A stretch of 64,000 nucleotides of DNA from Ignavibacteria bacterium (GCA_016873735.1 VGWD01000005.1:1929-65928), one strand, 5' to 3'; positions 20,737-30,085 are shown, counted from the stretch's first letter. Made by a program: numbers and translations. Notes: generated from the letters alone by a model not told the origin.

Positions 20737-21219
20737 TCAGAATGATATTTTAACGATTGCTTTTTGAATTTCTGAATAGGGAAATGAGAATGTCGTATTT
20801 TCGTTTCCTGATATTTTGGATTTCTTGGGTTCACTGCAAACAATGCCTTGTTCATTTGCTTCTAGCAATACATATGAACCATTAGCATATGTTTCTTCGT
20901 TAATCAAGCTTAATTCCAAAACTCGACCAATATTTCTGGGATATTGCCACCAATGTGTGAGAGGCCTGTCAACTCCGGGTGATGAGACTTCTATACTCCT
21001 GATGGCATCAATGAATGGATGTGTTTCAGCTGTTTCCAGCAAAGCGCGATTGATTTTTTCGCATTGCTCAAGTGAAATGCCATCCGGTGTGTCCACATAT
21101 AGCTCCAATAACATGCGCTCTTTAGTGCCTCTCAATACCGCGTCAATCAATGTTGCGTTGTATGCTGAACAGGTGGATTCCAATAAAGAGCGAATATCTT
21201 TGGGCAAATCCAATGGCAT
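20737..21219 (-). CDS. rimP: Ribosome maturation factor RimP
   Basis: It has the DUF150/RimP fold and sits immediately upstream of nusA in the conserved order. Confidence 0.8.
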   Translation of the reverse strand: MPLDLPKDIRSLLESTCSAYNATLIDAVLRGTKERMLLELYVDTPDGISLEQCEKINRALLETAETHPFIDAIRSIEVSSPGVDRPLTHWWQYPRNIGRVLELSLINEETYANGSYVLLEANEQGIVCSEPKKSKISGNENTTFSFPYSEIQKAIVKISF

Positions 21220-21225
21220 GGCTAA

Positions 21226-23277
21226 ATGCTGACAATCCATAGAAACAAAAAAGGGACTTCTGCCGAGAAGACCCAATCACAAGTGCAAATATACGGTTTT
21301 TTCCCTTTCGGAGCATTGAATGGGCTTTATTTAGGCATAGGACTCTTGATTGGTTTTTTTGCAGCAGCAAATCCAATTTTTGCTTCTGAAAGCACCATTA
21401 TTCCGGATTCCATCAAGGAAGTCACTACAAAAGTCTTAATAAAAGAAGCGAAAAGTCGGTCTAATATTGTAGAATATGGCAAAATAGCATCAAAAAGATC
21501 ATATGGGTCCCAAATTGGGGATTTATTCGGTGCTGCCCGTTTACAGTCTCTTTCTTTGATTATTCCTTCGATAGAAGTTAGGGATTATGGCGGGCCGGGG
21601 TCGATGAATTTGTTTTCAATTCGTGGTCTGGGTCCCATGAGAAGTGTCATTATGCTTGATGGTATTCCATTGGCATCATCCCAAACGGGTGTATTTGATA
21701 TGTCTGCTCTGCCTATTCTACCTGGGCAAAGTATTGATTTGGATCTTGGTGGTTCTTCTTCTATCATGGGAAGTGGGGCGATGTCGGGTATGATTGAACT
21801 TATATCTCCATCCATCTTAGATACACCTTTTTGTGCTTTGAAAGGCGGAGCGGGGAGTTTTGGTGAGCTCTCCATGTCTCTTCATGGAGGGATGAGTGCG
21901 GGGAATACCACGCTTTCGGCCATGGCAAATCATTTTCAATTTGAAGGAGATTTCCCAATCTCATTTCAGCCAACTGGAAATGCTCCGATGATGAGCGTCA
22001 AAAGACAAAATGCCGGAAATGTCCGGCAGAATGTCTTTGCAAGGGCCTCGCATGTTTTTGAAGAATCTCAAATTTCAACAAGCATGTGGACTTCATTTGT
22101 CAAAGGTGATCGCGGTGTTCCTGGTGCAGTATTGACGGGGAATATTGAATCTGCAGAGGCATCTTTTCATGAGCAAGATATAATGATAGCAGGCACTATG
22201 CATGCACCAATATCGGCAAATGCACAATTGCGTATTCGTGCATCCTATCGCACTTCTGAAAGTTTGTTCAAGGATCCATATGCTCTTTATGCAGGTCCGG
22301 GAGGAGCTGATAATGATTTTCTTACACAAGATATATTCTCACATGCCGAAGTTGCTTATTCTCCACATCATGATATGTGGTTTTCAAGCGGCCTCATGTT
22401 CACATTTACAGATTTACAAGGCGAACTTCTTCAACCTTTTGTTAAAGGAAATCCAAGACGTATTTCTGGAGCTTTGTTCACCAGGTTGAATTCTCAATGG
22501 AAAGGGTATATATGGGATTTCGGAATCAGAATGGATATGTTCAGTGATCAACTGGGCCCTGCACTTTCAGGACATGCAATAATTATGAAAGAACTTTCTG
22601 ATTCATTGACGATTTCTGCAAAATGCACGCGTGATTTCAGGGTTCCTTCTTTCAATGAATTGTATTATCTCAATTATGGAACACAATTTCTATCACCTGA
22701 AACATCGATGGGTATTGATCTTGGCCTAACATATACATCAGGAAATGTTACCGGGCAAATTTCCATCTATCACATGAGCGTTTCGGATCAGATACTTGCA
22801 ATTCCTATTTCACCGGTTCAATGGAGCGCTAGAAATATCGGGAGGGTATTGTCTTCTGGAATCGAATCATCGTTTGGATATCACATTCCAATAATCAACA
22901 TTGATATGCAATTGAGTTATGCATATAAGCATGTAGTAGATGGACGTTTGGATTCGCCGACATATAATACTGTACTTCCATATGCACCTCGACATACCAT
23001 TTCTATGTCAATGCTATATTCAGGCCCAATGCAATCCGTCGGATTCATTGTTTCTTCAATTGGAGAGCGATTCGGTTTGATAGGCGAATTGCCTGACTCC
23101 AAACTCAAACCAGTTATGTTGATCAATCCATTCTTTGAATATCGCATACCATTGCATATTGGTATGATGAACATGCGTGCAGAAATACGGAACCTGCTCA
23201 ACAGCAATTATCAGATGATCCTGAATTTTCCTTTACCCGGTAGATCTTTTATTGTACAATGTGGGTTTACTTTGTAA
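21226..23277 (+). CDS. TonB-dependent outer-membrane receptor
   Basis: The plug domain has 'DYGGPGSMNLFSIRGLGPMRSVIMLDGIPL'. It has a long beta-barrel and ends in an aromatic/aliphatic residue pair. Confidence 0.75.
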   Translation: MLTIHRNKKGTSAEKTQSQVQIYGFFPFGALNGLYLGIGLLIGFFAAANPIFASESTIIPDSIKEVTTKVLIKEAKSRSNIVEYGKIASKRSYGSQIGDLFGAARLQSLSLIIPSIEVRDYGGPGSMNLFSIRGLGPMRSVIMLDGIPLASSQTGVFDMSALPILPGQSIDLDLGGSSSIMGSGAMSGMIELISPSILDTPFCALKGGAGSFGELSMSLHGGMSAGNTTLSAMANHFQFEGDFPISFQPTGNAPMMSVKRQNAGNVRQNVFARASHVFEESQISTSMWTSFVKGDRGVPGAVLTGNIESAEASFHEQDIMIAGTMHAPISANAQLRIRASYRTSESLFKDPYALYAGPGGADNDFLTQDIFSHAEVAYSPHHDMWFSSGLMFTFTDLQGELLQPFVKGNPRRISGALFTRLNSQWKGYIWDFGIRMDMFSDQLGPALSGHAIIMKELSDSLTISAKCTRDFRVPSFNELYYLNYGTQFLSPETSMGIDLGLTYTSGNVTGQISIYHMSVSDQILAIPISPVQWSARNIGRVLSSGIESSFGYHIPIINIDMQLSYAYKHVVDGRLDSPTYNTVLPYAPRHTISMSMLYSGPMQSVGFIVSSIGERFGLIGELPDSKLKPVMLINPFFEYRIPLHIGMMNMRAEIRNLLNSNYQMILNFPLPGRSFIVQCGFTL

Positions 23278-23315
23278 GAACTGTGAAAATTCATGGAAAA
23301 CAAGGCCTGAAAGAG

Positions 23316-23323
23316 TATATTTG
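23316..23323 (+). promoter_or_regulatory. Candidate -7 element TATATTTG upstream of adk
   Basis: It matches TAnnTTTG and lies 57 nt upstream of the adk ATG. Confidence 0.3.
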
Positions 23324-23379
23324 AAGGGTCTCAAAGGAATTTTTTAAGAAGTAATACTTCAACGATAATCGGAGTCATA

Positions 23380-23928
23380 ATGATCATTGTCATGTTTGGC
23401 GCTCCCGGTGTGGGAAAAGGAACGCAAGCTGCTTTATTGGCTGAGCGCAAAGGCATTCACCATTTGTCAACCGGAGAGGCATTCCGTTCGGCTATAGCAG
23501 CCGGTACGGAATTAGGCAAGACTGCGCAGGAATTTGTTCAATCCGGTGGTTTGGTGCCTGATGAAATTGTTACGGGCATCGTTGAAGAAGCAATGGCAAA
23601 ACCTGAGTTTTCTTCGGGGGCAATATTGGATGGTTTCCCTCGTACGCTTGGCCAAGCTCAAGCATTGGATTTGTTACTCAATGCTCAAGGTAAGGCAATT
23701 GCTCATATAGTTAATATCACAGTCGATAATGAAGAGATTGTCAAAAGAATGCTTCTTCGTGGCAGACAAGATGACAATGAAGATGTCATTAGACATAGAC
23801 TTCATGTGTACAATGAGCAAACAGCTCCATTGCTAGAATATTATGCAGGTTCCGGGAAGATGATCAATATTGCCGGGGATGCAGACATAGAAACCGTCTA
23901 TGCAAGAATTGAGGAAAGCCTCCGCTGA
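23380..23928 (+). CDS. adk: Adenylate kinase (short form without zinc lid)
   Basis: The P-loop is 'GAPGVGKGTQA'. The NMP-binding and LID regions are present. The length is 182 aa. Confidence 0.9.
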   Translation: MIIVMFGAPGVGKGTQAALLAERKGIHHLSTGEAFRSAIAAGTELGKTAQEFVQSGGLVPDEIVTGIVEEAMAKPEFSSGAILDGFPRTLGQAQALDLLLNAQGKAIAHIVNITVDNEEIVKRMLLRGRQDDNEDVIRHRLHVYNEQTAPLLEYYAGSGKMINIAGDADIETVYARIEESLR

Positions 23929-23998
23929 TATTCTACGAAAGTGGAACATTCACATCTCGCTTCATGTTTTTTCTGCATATATTCCATAAAGCAGACTT

Positions 23999-24448
23999 AT
24001 GCATTCCTATACAAGAAGCGTCATCATTCGCGCACCAATTGAAGAAGTGTTTCTTTTTCATACAGATGTGCGAAATCTAGTCAAAATTACTCCTTCATTT
24101 ATCAAAGTCGATATCATTCATGCTGATCCACCGGGCCCTGGACAACATGTTCAGCTGAGAGTTCGGCAATTCGGTTTCCTACCCTTGAATATGCTGATGG
24201 AGTTTTTTATATACGATTATCCAACCTCTTTGGCCGATAGACAAATCAAGGGTCCTTTTTCTTCAATGGTACAGTATAGATATTTTGAGGATATTGGCGG
24301 GGGATATACTCGCATGAAAGATGTATTTGAGTTTTCTTTACCCTTGGGAATATTAGGGATAATGGCTTATTCGCTCATTGTGAAAAAGATGATCGAGGTA
24401 ATGTTTGTTTACAGACAAAACATGACAAAGAAGCTCCTTGAATCCTAA
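23999..24448 (+). CDS. SRPBCC-superfamily (polyketide cyclase/dehydrase-like) protein
   Basis: It is 149 aa and begins 'RSVIIRAPIEEVFLFHTDVRNL', which is typical of Bet v1-like/SRPBCC domains. Confidence 0.45.
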   Translation: MHSYTRSVIIRAPIEEVFLFHTDVRNLVKITPSFIKVDIIHADPPGPGQHVQLRVRQFGFLPLNMLMEFFIYDYPTSLADRQIKGPFSSMVQYRYFEDIGGGYTRMKDVFEFSLPLGILGIMAYSLIVKKMIEVMFVYRQNMTKKLLES

Positions 24449-24449
24449 A

Positions 24450-25208
24450 TCATGCTTGAGCTGCAATTGCAAGAAATGACTCCGCGTTGAGTGATGCCCC
24501 ACCAATCAAAGCGCCATCGATATTTGGCTGTAGAAAATAATCTTTTGCATTCTCTAGCTTTACGCTTCCACCATAAATCACATCAATCATTGATGCATGA
24601 TCACCAAGCTTCTCCTCCAATTGCAAGCGAATGAATGCATGAACATCTTCAGCTTGTTCGGGGCTAGCGGCCAATCCGGTTCCAATTGCCCAAACAGGTT
24701 CATATGCAAAAACAATATTATGAGCCGAAATCGAACTGACAATTTGTTCATGGTGAAGTATGGATAATACTTGTTCTTGAATCACTGGATGGACAATTCC
24801 CTTATTTCTTTGTTCCAATGTTTCACCGATGCACACGATGGGAGTTAATCCGGCTTTAAATGCGGTGAGACATTTTCTTGCAATGAAATCATTTGATTCA
24901 TTGAATAAAAATCTGCGTTCGGAATGACCAAGAATTACATAATCAATGCCCATCGAAGCAAGCATGCTTGCAGAAATTTCTCCTGTAAAGGCTCCTTCAT
25001 CGGAATCATGACAATTTTGAGCGCCTATCAAGAGGGGCGATTCGTTGTTTTCGATGATCAATGAACATTGAGCCAAATGCGTGAAAGGAGGACAAATCAG
25101 AATATCCACATGAGATGGGATATCAGAGATCCCCATGCAAATTTCATGAGTGAGCATCATGCCTTCATGCGGCATAAGATTCATTTTCCAATTGCCTGCA
25201 ATCAACAT
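24450..25208 (-). CDS. tpiA: Triosephosphate isomerase
   Basis: 'IAGNWKMN' and 'GHSERR' motifs are present. The likely start is the internal Met (MLIAGNWKMN). Confidence 0.9.
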   Translation of the reverse strand: MLIAGNWKMNLMPHEGMMLTHEICMGISDIPSHVDILICPPFTHLAQCSLIIENNESPLLIGAQNCHDSDEGAFTGEISASMLASMGIDYVILGHSERRFLFNESNDFIARKCLTAFKAGLTPIVCIGETLEQRNKGIVHPVIQEQVLSILHHEQIVSSISAHNIVFAYEPVWAIGTGLAASPEQAEDVHAFIRLQLEEKLGDHASMIDVIYGGSVKLENAKDYFLQPNIDGALIGGASLNAESFLAIAAQA

Positions 25209-25212
25209 TAGA

Positions 25213-25986
25213 TCACCATTCCGCAGATGGATCAATTCCGAAAACTTCGGTCATTTCATCCAAAAGAGGTTGCAAATGCTCCGAATGAAATCCCTTTCTA
25301 CCGCCATAGATTGGGTTAACAGATTCTCTATCAGGAATTGTTAAACCTGCCTTGTTGAGTATAGTTGAAATTCTATCATGCCAAGCTCTTTCCAATTCCT
25401 TCTCTCCTTTGAAGATGCCATGTTCAATAAGTATCTGTTCATCTTCTGAATTTTCAAATATCCCTAGTGCAAGTGGATAACAATCATTCAATGCAGATTG
25501 CATGCGAGCTTTACTTTCTTCATTTCCTTGAGACCCAAGTTGAATGATCCACGTATCAGCATGAAAAACATGATACTTAATTTCGCCTCTTACTTTGACT
25601 GCCAGTTTCGCAAGTGGTTCAAATGTACTCTGCTCCAACATCTCATAGCGTAAAAGATCGGCTGAATCAAAAAGAAAATGCCGCATCAAGCTAAAATCAT
25701 ATCCTCCAATGGGAAATTCCACTAACTGGCAACAAGTAAATTGCAGCTCATTTCTTGTGAAAGCACTGATATCGGGTTCAGGTTCGCCAAGTTGTTGAAG
25801 GAGTGTATAGAGTGCAAGTGCATGACCCATCTTATCCTGCGCAATGGAAGAAAATGCGATGTCTTCCTCCAGCATCGGGCCAAGGCCGGTCCACTCGGAA
25901 TTTCTATGTGCAATAATCAAAGAATCATCAGCCATGCCATATAGCATTCGTTTCAAGGCCGAAGTGGAATCATTATCCAATGTCAT
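25213..25986 (-). CDS. PaaC-like ferritin-fold protein (phenylacetyl-CoA epoxidase subunit C homolog), apparently orphan
   Basis: Blocks similar to E. coli PaaC are present: 'AFTRNELQFTCCQLVEFP' and 'GGRKGFHSEHLQPLLDEM'. Confidence 0.5.
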   Translation of the reverse strand: MTLDNDSTSALKRMLYGMADDSLIIAHRNSEWTGLGPMLEEDIAFSSIAQDKMGHALALYTLLQQLGEPEPDISAFTRNELQFTCCQLVEFPIGGYDFSLMRHFLFDSADLLRYEMLEQSTFEPLAKLAVKVRGEIKYHVFHADTWIIQLGSQGNEESKARMQSALNDCYPLALGIFENSEDEQILIEHGIFKGEKELERAWHDRISTILNKAGLTIPDRESVNPIYGGRKGFHSEHLQPLLDEMTEVFGIDPSAEW

Positions 25987-26081
25987 ATATATCTCCGTTT
26001 AACTAACCTGCAAAGATACGATTGTTGATTTGAAGTATTGCCATAGTTTCAGTATATGATTGATAAATCAGAAATCATATC

Positions 26082-26089
26082 TAAATTTG
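26082..26089 (+). promoter_or_regulatory. Candidate -7 element TAAATTTG upstream of the first reeler-like gene
   Basis: It matches TAnnTTTG exactly and lies 19 nt upstream of the ATG at 26108. Confidence 0.35.
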
Positions 26090-26107
26090 AAAAAAATCAG
26101 GTGTATT

Positions 26108-26920
26108 ATGTCTAAAAGAGTATTTATACTTTTTTTCTCCGGCTTATTAATCTATTCATTGATGAATGCTGATTTGACAGGAATATTGAGTTTTGGAGCT
26201 CCGCCTTCTTCAACAGGCGCTCCAGGGGAAATAACATGCGCAGAATCCGGGTGCCATGATGATGGCCCAAACCCTATGAAGAATTCAAATCATAGTTTAT
26301 TGATCCGTTCAAAATCCAATGCTTTGCAAGCAGGTGACACAGCGCTGATCACGATTCGGGTCGTAGATTCGAATATTAGACGCTTCGGCTTTCAATTGAC
26401 TGCGCTTGATGCGCATGGAATATCAGTTGGAACGTTTCTTATTACTGATCCCAACAAAACGCAGTTATTACAAAATCACATAGCTTTCACCGATAGGGAA
26501 TATGTGACCTATACCAAAGATGGTACGCTCTCATTGAAACCCGGTAATCATGAGTGGAAATTCGAGTGGGTTGTGCCCCAGAAACAAAATGGACCAATTT
26601 CATTTTATTTGGCAACGGTTTCTGCAAATGATGATAATAGAGATAAAGGGGACAAAGTGTATCTCATGGACACCACAATACATATACGACAATCCACAGG
26701 TATTGCCAAAGAACATATGATAAAGTGCAAGCAATTTGGTGAATCATTGATTATAGACAATCCTGGATTTCGTACTGCTATGAATATATTTTCAATTGAT
26801 GGAGCTATCATTGGATCACATATTGCAGAAAACGGGGAATCAGTGATGGATCTACGTCATATATCCAAAGGGTTATATGTGCTACATTCTGAAACTATCA
26901 TTTATCCATTCATACGTTGA
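26108..26920 (+). CDS. Secreted reeler-like domain protein with a T9SS C-terminal sorting domain (copy 1)
   Basis: The signal peptide is MSKRVFILFFSGLLIYSLMNA. Motifs 'STGAPGEITCAESGCHDDG', 'FGFQLTALD' and 'WKFEWVVP' resemble reeler-domain consensus blocks. The C-terminal '...IFSIDGAIIGS...LYVLHSE' resembles a T9SS CTD. Confidence 0.4.
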   Translation: MSKRVFILFFSGLLIYSLMNADLTGILSFGAPPSSTGAPGEITCAESGCHDDGPNPMKNSNHSLLIRSKSNALQAGDTALITIRVVDSNIRRFGFQLTALDAHGISVGTFLITDPNKTQLLQNHIAFTDREYVTYTKDGTLSLKPGNHEWKFEWVVPQKQNGPISFYLATVSANDDNRDKGDKVYLMDTTIHIRQSTGIAKEHMIKCKQFGESLIIDNPGFRTAMNIFSIDGAIIGSHIAENGESVMDLRHISKGLYVLHSETIIYPFIR

Positions 26921-26925
26921 CGAAT

Positions 26926-27813
26926 ATGCCTGCATCAATACGACATATAACAGCAGTGTTTTTTCTCGTGATTGCAATTACGATTGCAATCTCAAATGAG
27001 AAATATCCTGAATTTCCTTTAAAATCAACCGCTGCTCATGAAAGCTCAACGGGAGCACCCGGTGAATTAACCTGCGCTCAATCCGGTTGCCATGAAATAA
27101 GTAAGATAGTTCGTGATGATACCACGAATGCATTGCTGTTTTTTGATGCTGATTCCACATATGGTGACTCTATGGAAGGAGTCACCTTGAGAGTTCGCAA
27201 AGAGGATTGTAAAAAATTCGGATTTCAGATTGTGTGCCTTGATACCCTTATGAAAAATGTGGGAAGCTGGGTGCTTCTCAATAAAGAGAGAGTGCAAATG
27301 CAATCTGCTGATTTTTCTGTACCCGGTGCAAATGGAAGAAAATATTTAACGCATACCTATAAAGGAACCATACCACAAAGTACTGGAGAAATATTTTGGG
27401 AATTTTCATGGCTTCCACCATTGAATGGCTATAAAGGGGCAGTCACATTTTATGTAATGACGAATTGCACAAATAATGACAATACCAATTCAGGTGATGC
27501 ATTGTATGCATCAAAGCATACATTAAGACATCAATCTTCTCCTACATTCATTTCGGAAGAAAAAAAGAATCAAATTATTTCTTTCCAGACCACTCAAGGA
27601 TCATGGTCACTCCCATTGCCAATGGAAGAGCGCATGACATCTCTTGAGATATGCGATTTGTCTGGAAAATATATTTCTTGTACATGGGAGTCAAAAAACA
27701 AATCTGAAATTGAGATTTCACTAGAAAATCAACGTTTTCATGGCCTAGCAATAATCAAGATGTCCATGCAATCAGGTCTGCTACTTAAAAAAGCAGTGTT
27801 TTTCCATGACTAA
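26926..27813 (+). CDS. Secreted reeler-like domain protein with a T9SS-like C-terminal domain (copy 2, tandem paralog)
   Basis: It shares 'STGAPGELTCAQSGCHE', 'FGFQIVCLD' and 'FWEFSWLPP' with copy 1. The ORF-track start is TTG. The first ATG (MPASIRH...) is at 26926, 4-10 nt after the copy-1 stop. Confidence 0.4.
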   Translation: MPASIRHITAVFFLVIAITIAISNEKYPEFPLKSTAAHESSTGAPGELTCAQSGCHEISKIVRDDTTNALLFFDADSTYGDSMEGVTLRVRKEDCKKFGFQIVCLDTLMKNVGSWVLLNKERVQMQSADFSVPGANGRKYLTHTYKGTIPQSTGEIFWEFSWLPPLNGYKGAVTFYVMTNCTNNDNTNSGDALYASKHTLRHQSSPTFISEEKKNQIISFQTTQGSWSLPLPMEERMTSLEICDLSGKYISCTWESKNKSEIEISLENQRFHGLAIIKMSMQSGLLLKKAVFFHD

Positions 27814-27837
27814 TTGACTCTCCTGTAAGGAATTCCA

Positions 27838-27845
27838 TAGTTTTG
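27838..27845 (+). promoter_or_regulatory. Candidate -7 element TAGTTTTG upstream of the MerR-like gene
   Basis: It matches TAnnTTTG and lies 32 nt upstream of the ATG at 27877. Confidence 0.3.
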
Positions 27846-27876
27846 TGTCTTACTCTATGACGGGTTCCATTCCCGT

Positions 27877-28251
27877 ATGAGTTTCATAGATTTGTTTGGT
27901 ACAATGGCGGATTCTGAAGTACATACAATCAAAGAAGTTAGCTTGATTCTGGATGAAGAGCAGCATGTCTTGCGTTATTGGGAGCGCGAATTCGAATTTC
28001 TTCACCCTAAAAAGAATGAATCAGGTAATAGGATATATGATCAACGTGATCTTGCAATCCTTAAAGAGCTTAAGCGATTGATCAGGACAGAAAGAAAAAC
28101 AATTCAGGAAGCCAGAACAGCTTTCCAAGAAGCATATCCATCTGGATTTGTTGAAATGCCGAATGGCAATGATCAAGCTTGTGAATCACATGATGAAATT
28201 GCATCTTTACAACAAGAATTACGCGATATCATCAATAAGCTACGTTCATGA
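27877..28251 (+). CDS. Small MerR-family HTH protein (no obvious effector domain)
   Basis: 'IKEVSLILDEEQHVLRYWEREFEFLHPKKNESGNRIYDQRDLAILKELKRL' fits the MerR-type HTH plus dimerisation helix. The length is 124 aa. Confidence 0.55.
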   Translation: MSFIDLFGTMADSEVHTIKEVSLILDEEQHVLRYWEREFEFLHPKKNESGNRIYDQRDLAILKELKRLIRTERKTIQEARTAFQEAYPSGFVEMPNGNDQACESHDEIASLQQELRDIINKLRS

Positions 28252-29312
28252 ACAAACAAAGCACTTATTCTTATTTATTTTGGGATGAATACATGAATCA
28301 AAGTATGCTCAAATATGTCATGATTCCTTTTGTCATGTCATTGGCATTGTCAATGAATATGAAAGCGCAACAAAGAACGTATGTCATGAAAACCATTGGG
28401 ATGCATGATGATGAAGTGCTCGGGGTTTTCGTAAATGGGGACAATACACGTTTTGCCACCTCGAGTTTGGATGAAAGTATTAAACTCTGGTCTATTCCGG
28501 AAGGCAAAGAATTATTGACTATCAAAGGTCATCTTGGGCATGTGAATAATATCTCTTTCTCCGGAGATGATAAATTGATTGCTAGTGCAAGCACTGACAG
28601 AACAGTCAGAGTTTGGGATGTTCAAACCGGTACCCAGCAATATGTTTTAACCGGACATACAGCCGAGGTGATCGGGGTGTATTTCAGTCCCAAAAATGAT
28701 TATATAGCAAGTACAAGTTTTGACAGAACTGTCAAATTATGGGATACAAAACTAAGAACTGAAGTCAAAACTCTACGCGGTCATACAGACAAAACAAATG
28801 ATGTAGCATATAGTTATGATGGAAAATATATTGCATCATGCAGCGATGACAGAACCATCAAGATTTGGAGCACTGATCTGAATACGAAAGAAGAATTGAT
28901 GACGTTGACTGGTCATGACACGCAAGTATTGACAGTGTTATACAGTTTTGATTCCAAACGGCTTGCATCAGCTGATGAGAAAGGCGTAGTAAAAATTTGG
29001 GAGATGCCCTCAGGCACTTTGCTTCGTACTATTAATGCTCATAATGAAATCCTTCAAAGTGTTTCATGGGCTGAAGACAATAAAACAGTTGTTACAGGAA
29101 GTCTGGACAAGTATGTCAAACTTTGGAATAGCGACACAGGGGAAAATTTAATGTCGATGGATGCTGGTTCTGATATCTGGGGTGTTGATCTCACTAGTAG
29201 TGGAGATCACATTTTGGTTGGTTGTGCCGATGGCTCTGTGAAAATGCTTTCCGAAACAAAAGCAGCCATCAAAGGAAAAGAAAAGCCCAAAGCCAAAGGA
29301 GGAAAGAAATGA
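28248..29312 (+). CDS. Signal-peptide-bearing WD40 repeat (7-bladed beta-propeller) protein
   Basis: Seven 'GH...V..V.FS.DG..IAS.S.D.T.K.W' WD repeats are visible. The N-terminal hydrophobic signal peptide is MLKYVMIPFVMSLALSMNMKAQ. Its start overlaps the MerR-like gene. Confidence 0.8.
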   Translation: MNKQSTYSYLFWDEYMNQSMLKYVMIPFVMSLALSMNMKAQQRTYVMKTIGMHDDEVLGVFVNGDNTRFATSSLDESIKLWSIPEGKELLTIKGHLGHVNNISFSGDDKLIASASTDRTVRVWDVQTGTQQYVLTGHTAEVIGVYFSPKNDYIASTSFDRTVKLWDTKLRTEVKTLRGHTDKTNDVAYSYDGKYIASCSDDRTIKIWSTDLNTKEELMTLTGHDTQVLTVLYSFDSKRLASADEKGVVKIWEMPSGTLLRTINAHNEILQSVSWAEDNKTVVTGSLDKYVKLWNSDTGENLMSMDAGSDIWGVDLTSSGDHILVGCADGSVKMLSETKAAIKGKEKPKAKGGKK

Positions 29313-30013
29313 GATATATCAAGCATGTAATGTTCATGATAGTGTTCTTGGTGATAGCCCAAGATAATTGCCATGCTCAACAAGTGATGAGCGTCACCGG
29401 CACTGTGATAGATCAAACTACAAGAAATCCTGTAAGCATTCTTGTTTCATTTTATGATCGGAACAATAAAAAAATCGGCTCTTCCAAAAGCAATTCTGCA
29501 ACAGGCTATTATCTTGTAACCGGCTTGAAACAGGGTGAAACATATAAAGTTCAACTTGAGTCTTCTGATTTTTTCAAAGATGAGTATGACATTACATTAC
29601 CTGTTTCAAAAAAATATGCGGATGTTTCAAGAGACTTTACCGTAAAACCCTTGGTAAAAGGAGCAAAGATTTTGCTTGAAGTACCACCATTCGAATTGAA
29701 AAAATCCAAATTACGTGTTGGAGCTGAAGACTATTTGGCAGATATAAAGAAAATGCTCGTCCTCAATCCAGGTGTTTCAGTTGAAATACAAACTTTTCCC
29801 GATGCAGAAGGTGATCCAGCGGCCAATGAAGCATTTACCATGGAGAGAGCGCAAGCCATCAAACAATATCTCATCGACAATGGTGTAAGAGAGCAAAAGC
29901 TTGCAGTTAAAGCATCAGGCCAAACAGATTCAGTTAATCCTCCACCTAGATACAAAACGGCCAAAGGGAAACGGTATATAGGTCCTATCTATATAGTGAT
30001 TACCAAGGTTTGA
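29306..30013 (+). CDS. CarboxypepD_reg-like domain + OmpA-C-like domain protein (signal peptide)
   Basis: The signal peptide is MRYIKHVMFMIVFLVIAQDNCHA. 'SVTGTVIDQTTRNPV' is the CarbopepD_reg-type beta-sandwich. The C-terminal 'FELKKSKL...VEIQTFPDAEGDPAANEAFTMERAQAIKQYL' resembles OmpA/MotB. It overlaps the WD40 gene stop. Confidence 0.55.
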   Translation, partial: EMRYIKHVMFMIVFLVIAQDNCHAQQVMSVTGTVIDQTTRNPVSILVSFYDRNNKKIGSSKSNSATGYYLVTGLKQGETYKVQLESSDFFKDEYDITLPVSKKYADVSRDFTVKPLVKGAKILLEVPPFELKKSKLRVGAEDYLADIKKMLVLNPGVSVEIQTFPDAEGDPAANEAFTMERAQAIKQYLIDNGVREQKLAVKASGQTDSVNPPPRYKTAKGKRYIGPIYIVITKV

Positions 30014-30051
30014 TTCAGTATACGAAGCAAACATCCTTTTTTATATCTTGC

Positions 30052-30085
30052 AGGGCATTCATGTGAATGCCCTTATTATGTTGTT
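30052..30085 (+). terminator. Intrinsic terminator after the MerR-WD40-OmpA-like operon
   Basis: A perfect inverted repeat AGGGCATTCA..TGAATGCCCT is followed by TATTATGTTGTTT. Confidence 0.5.

Noticed and set aside
21150-21330. Cobalamin or other riboswitch upstream of the TonB-dependent receptor. Overlap of the receptor's N-terminus with rimP's upstream region was also noticed.
   Set aside because: There is no recognisable riboswitch core (for example a B12 box). The region is coding in the receptor frame, which has a long N-terminal extension. The divergent arrangement with rimP leaves under 10 nt between the two gene starts.
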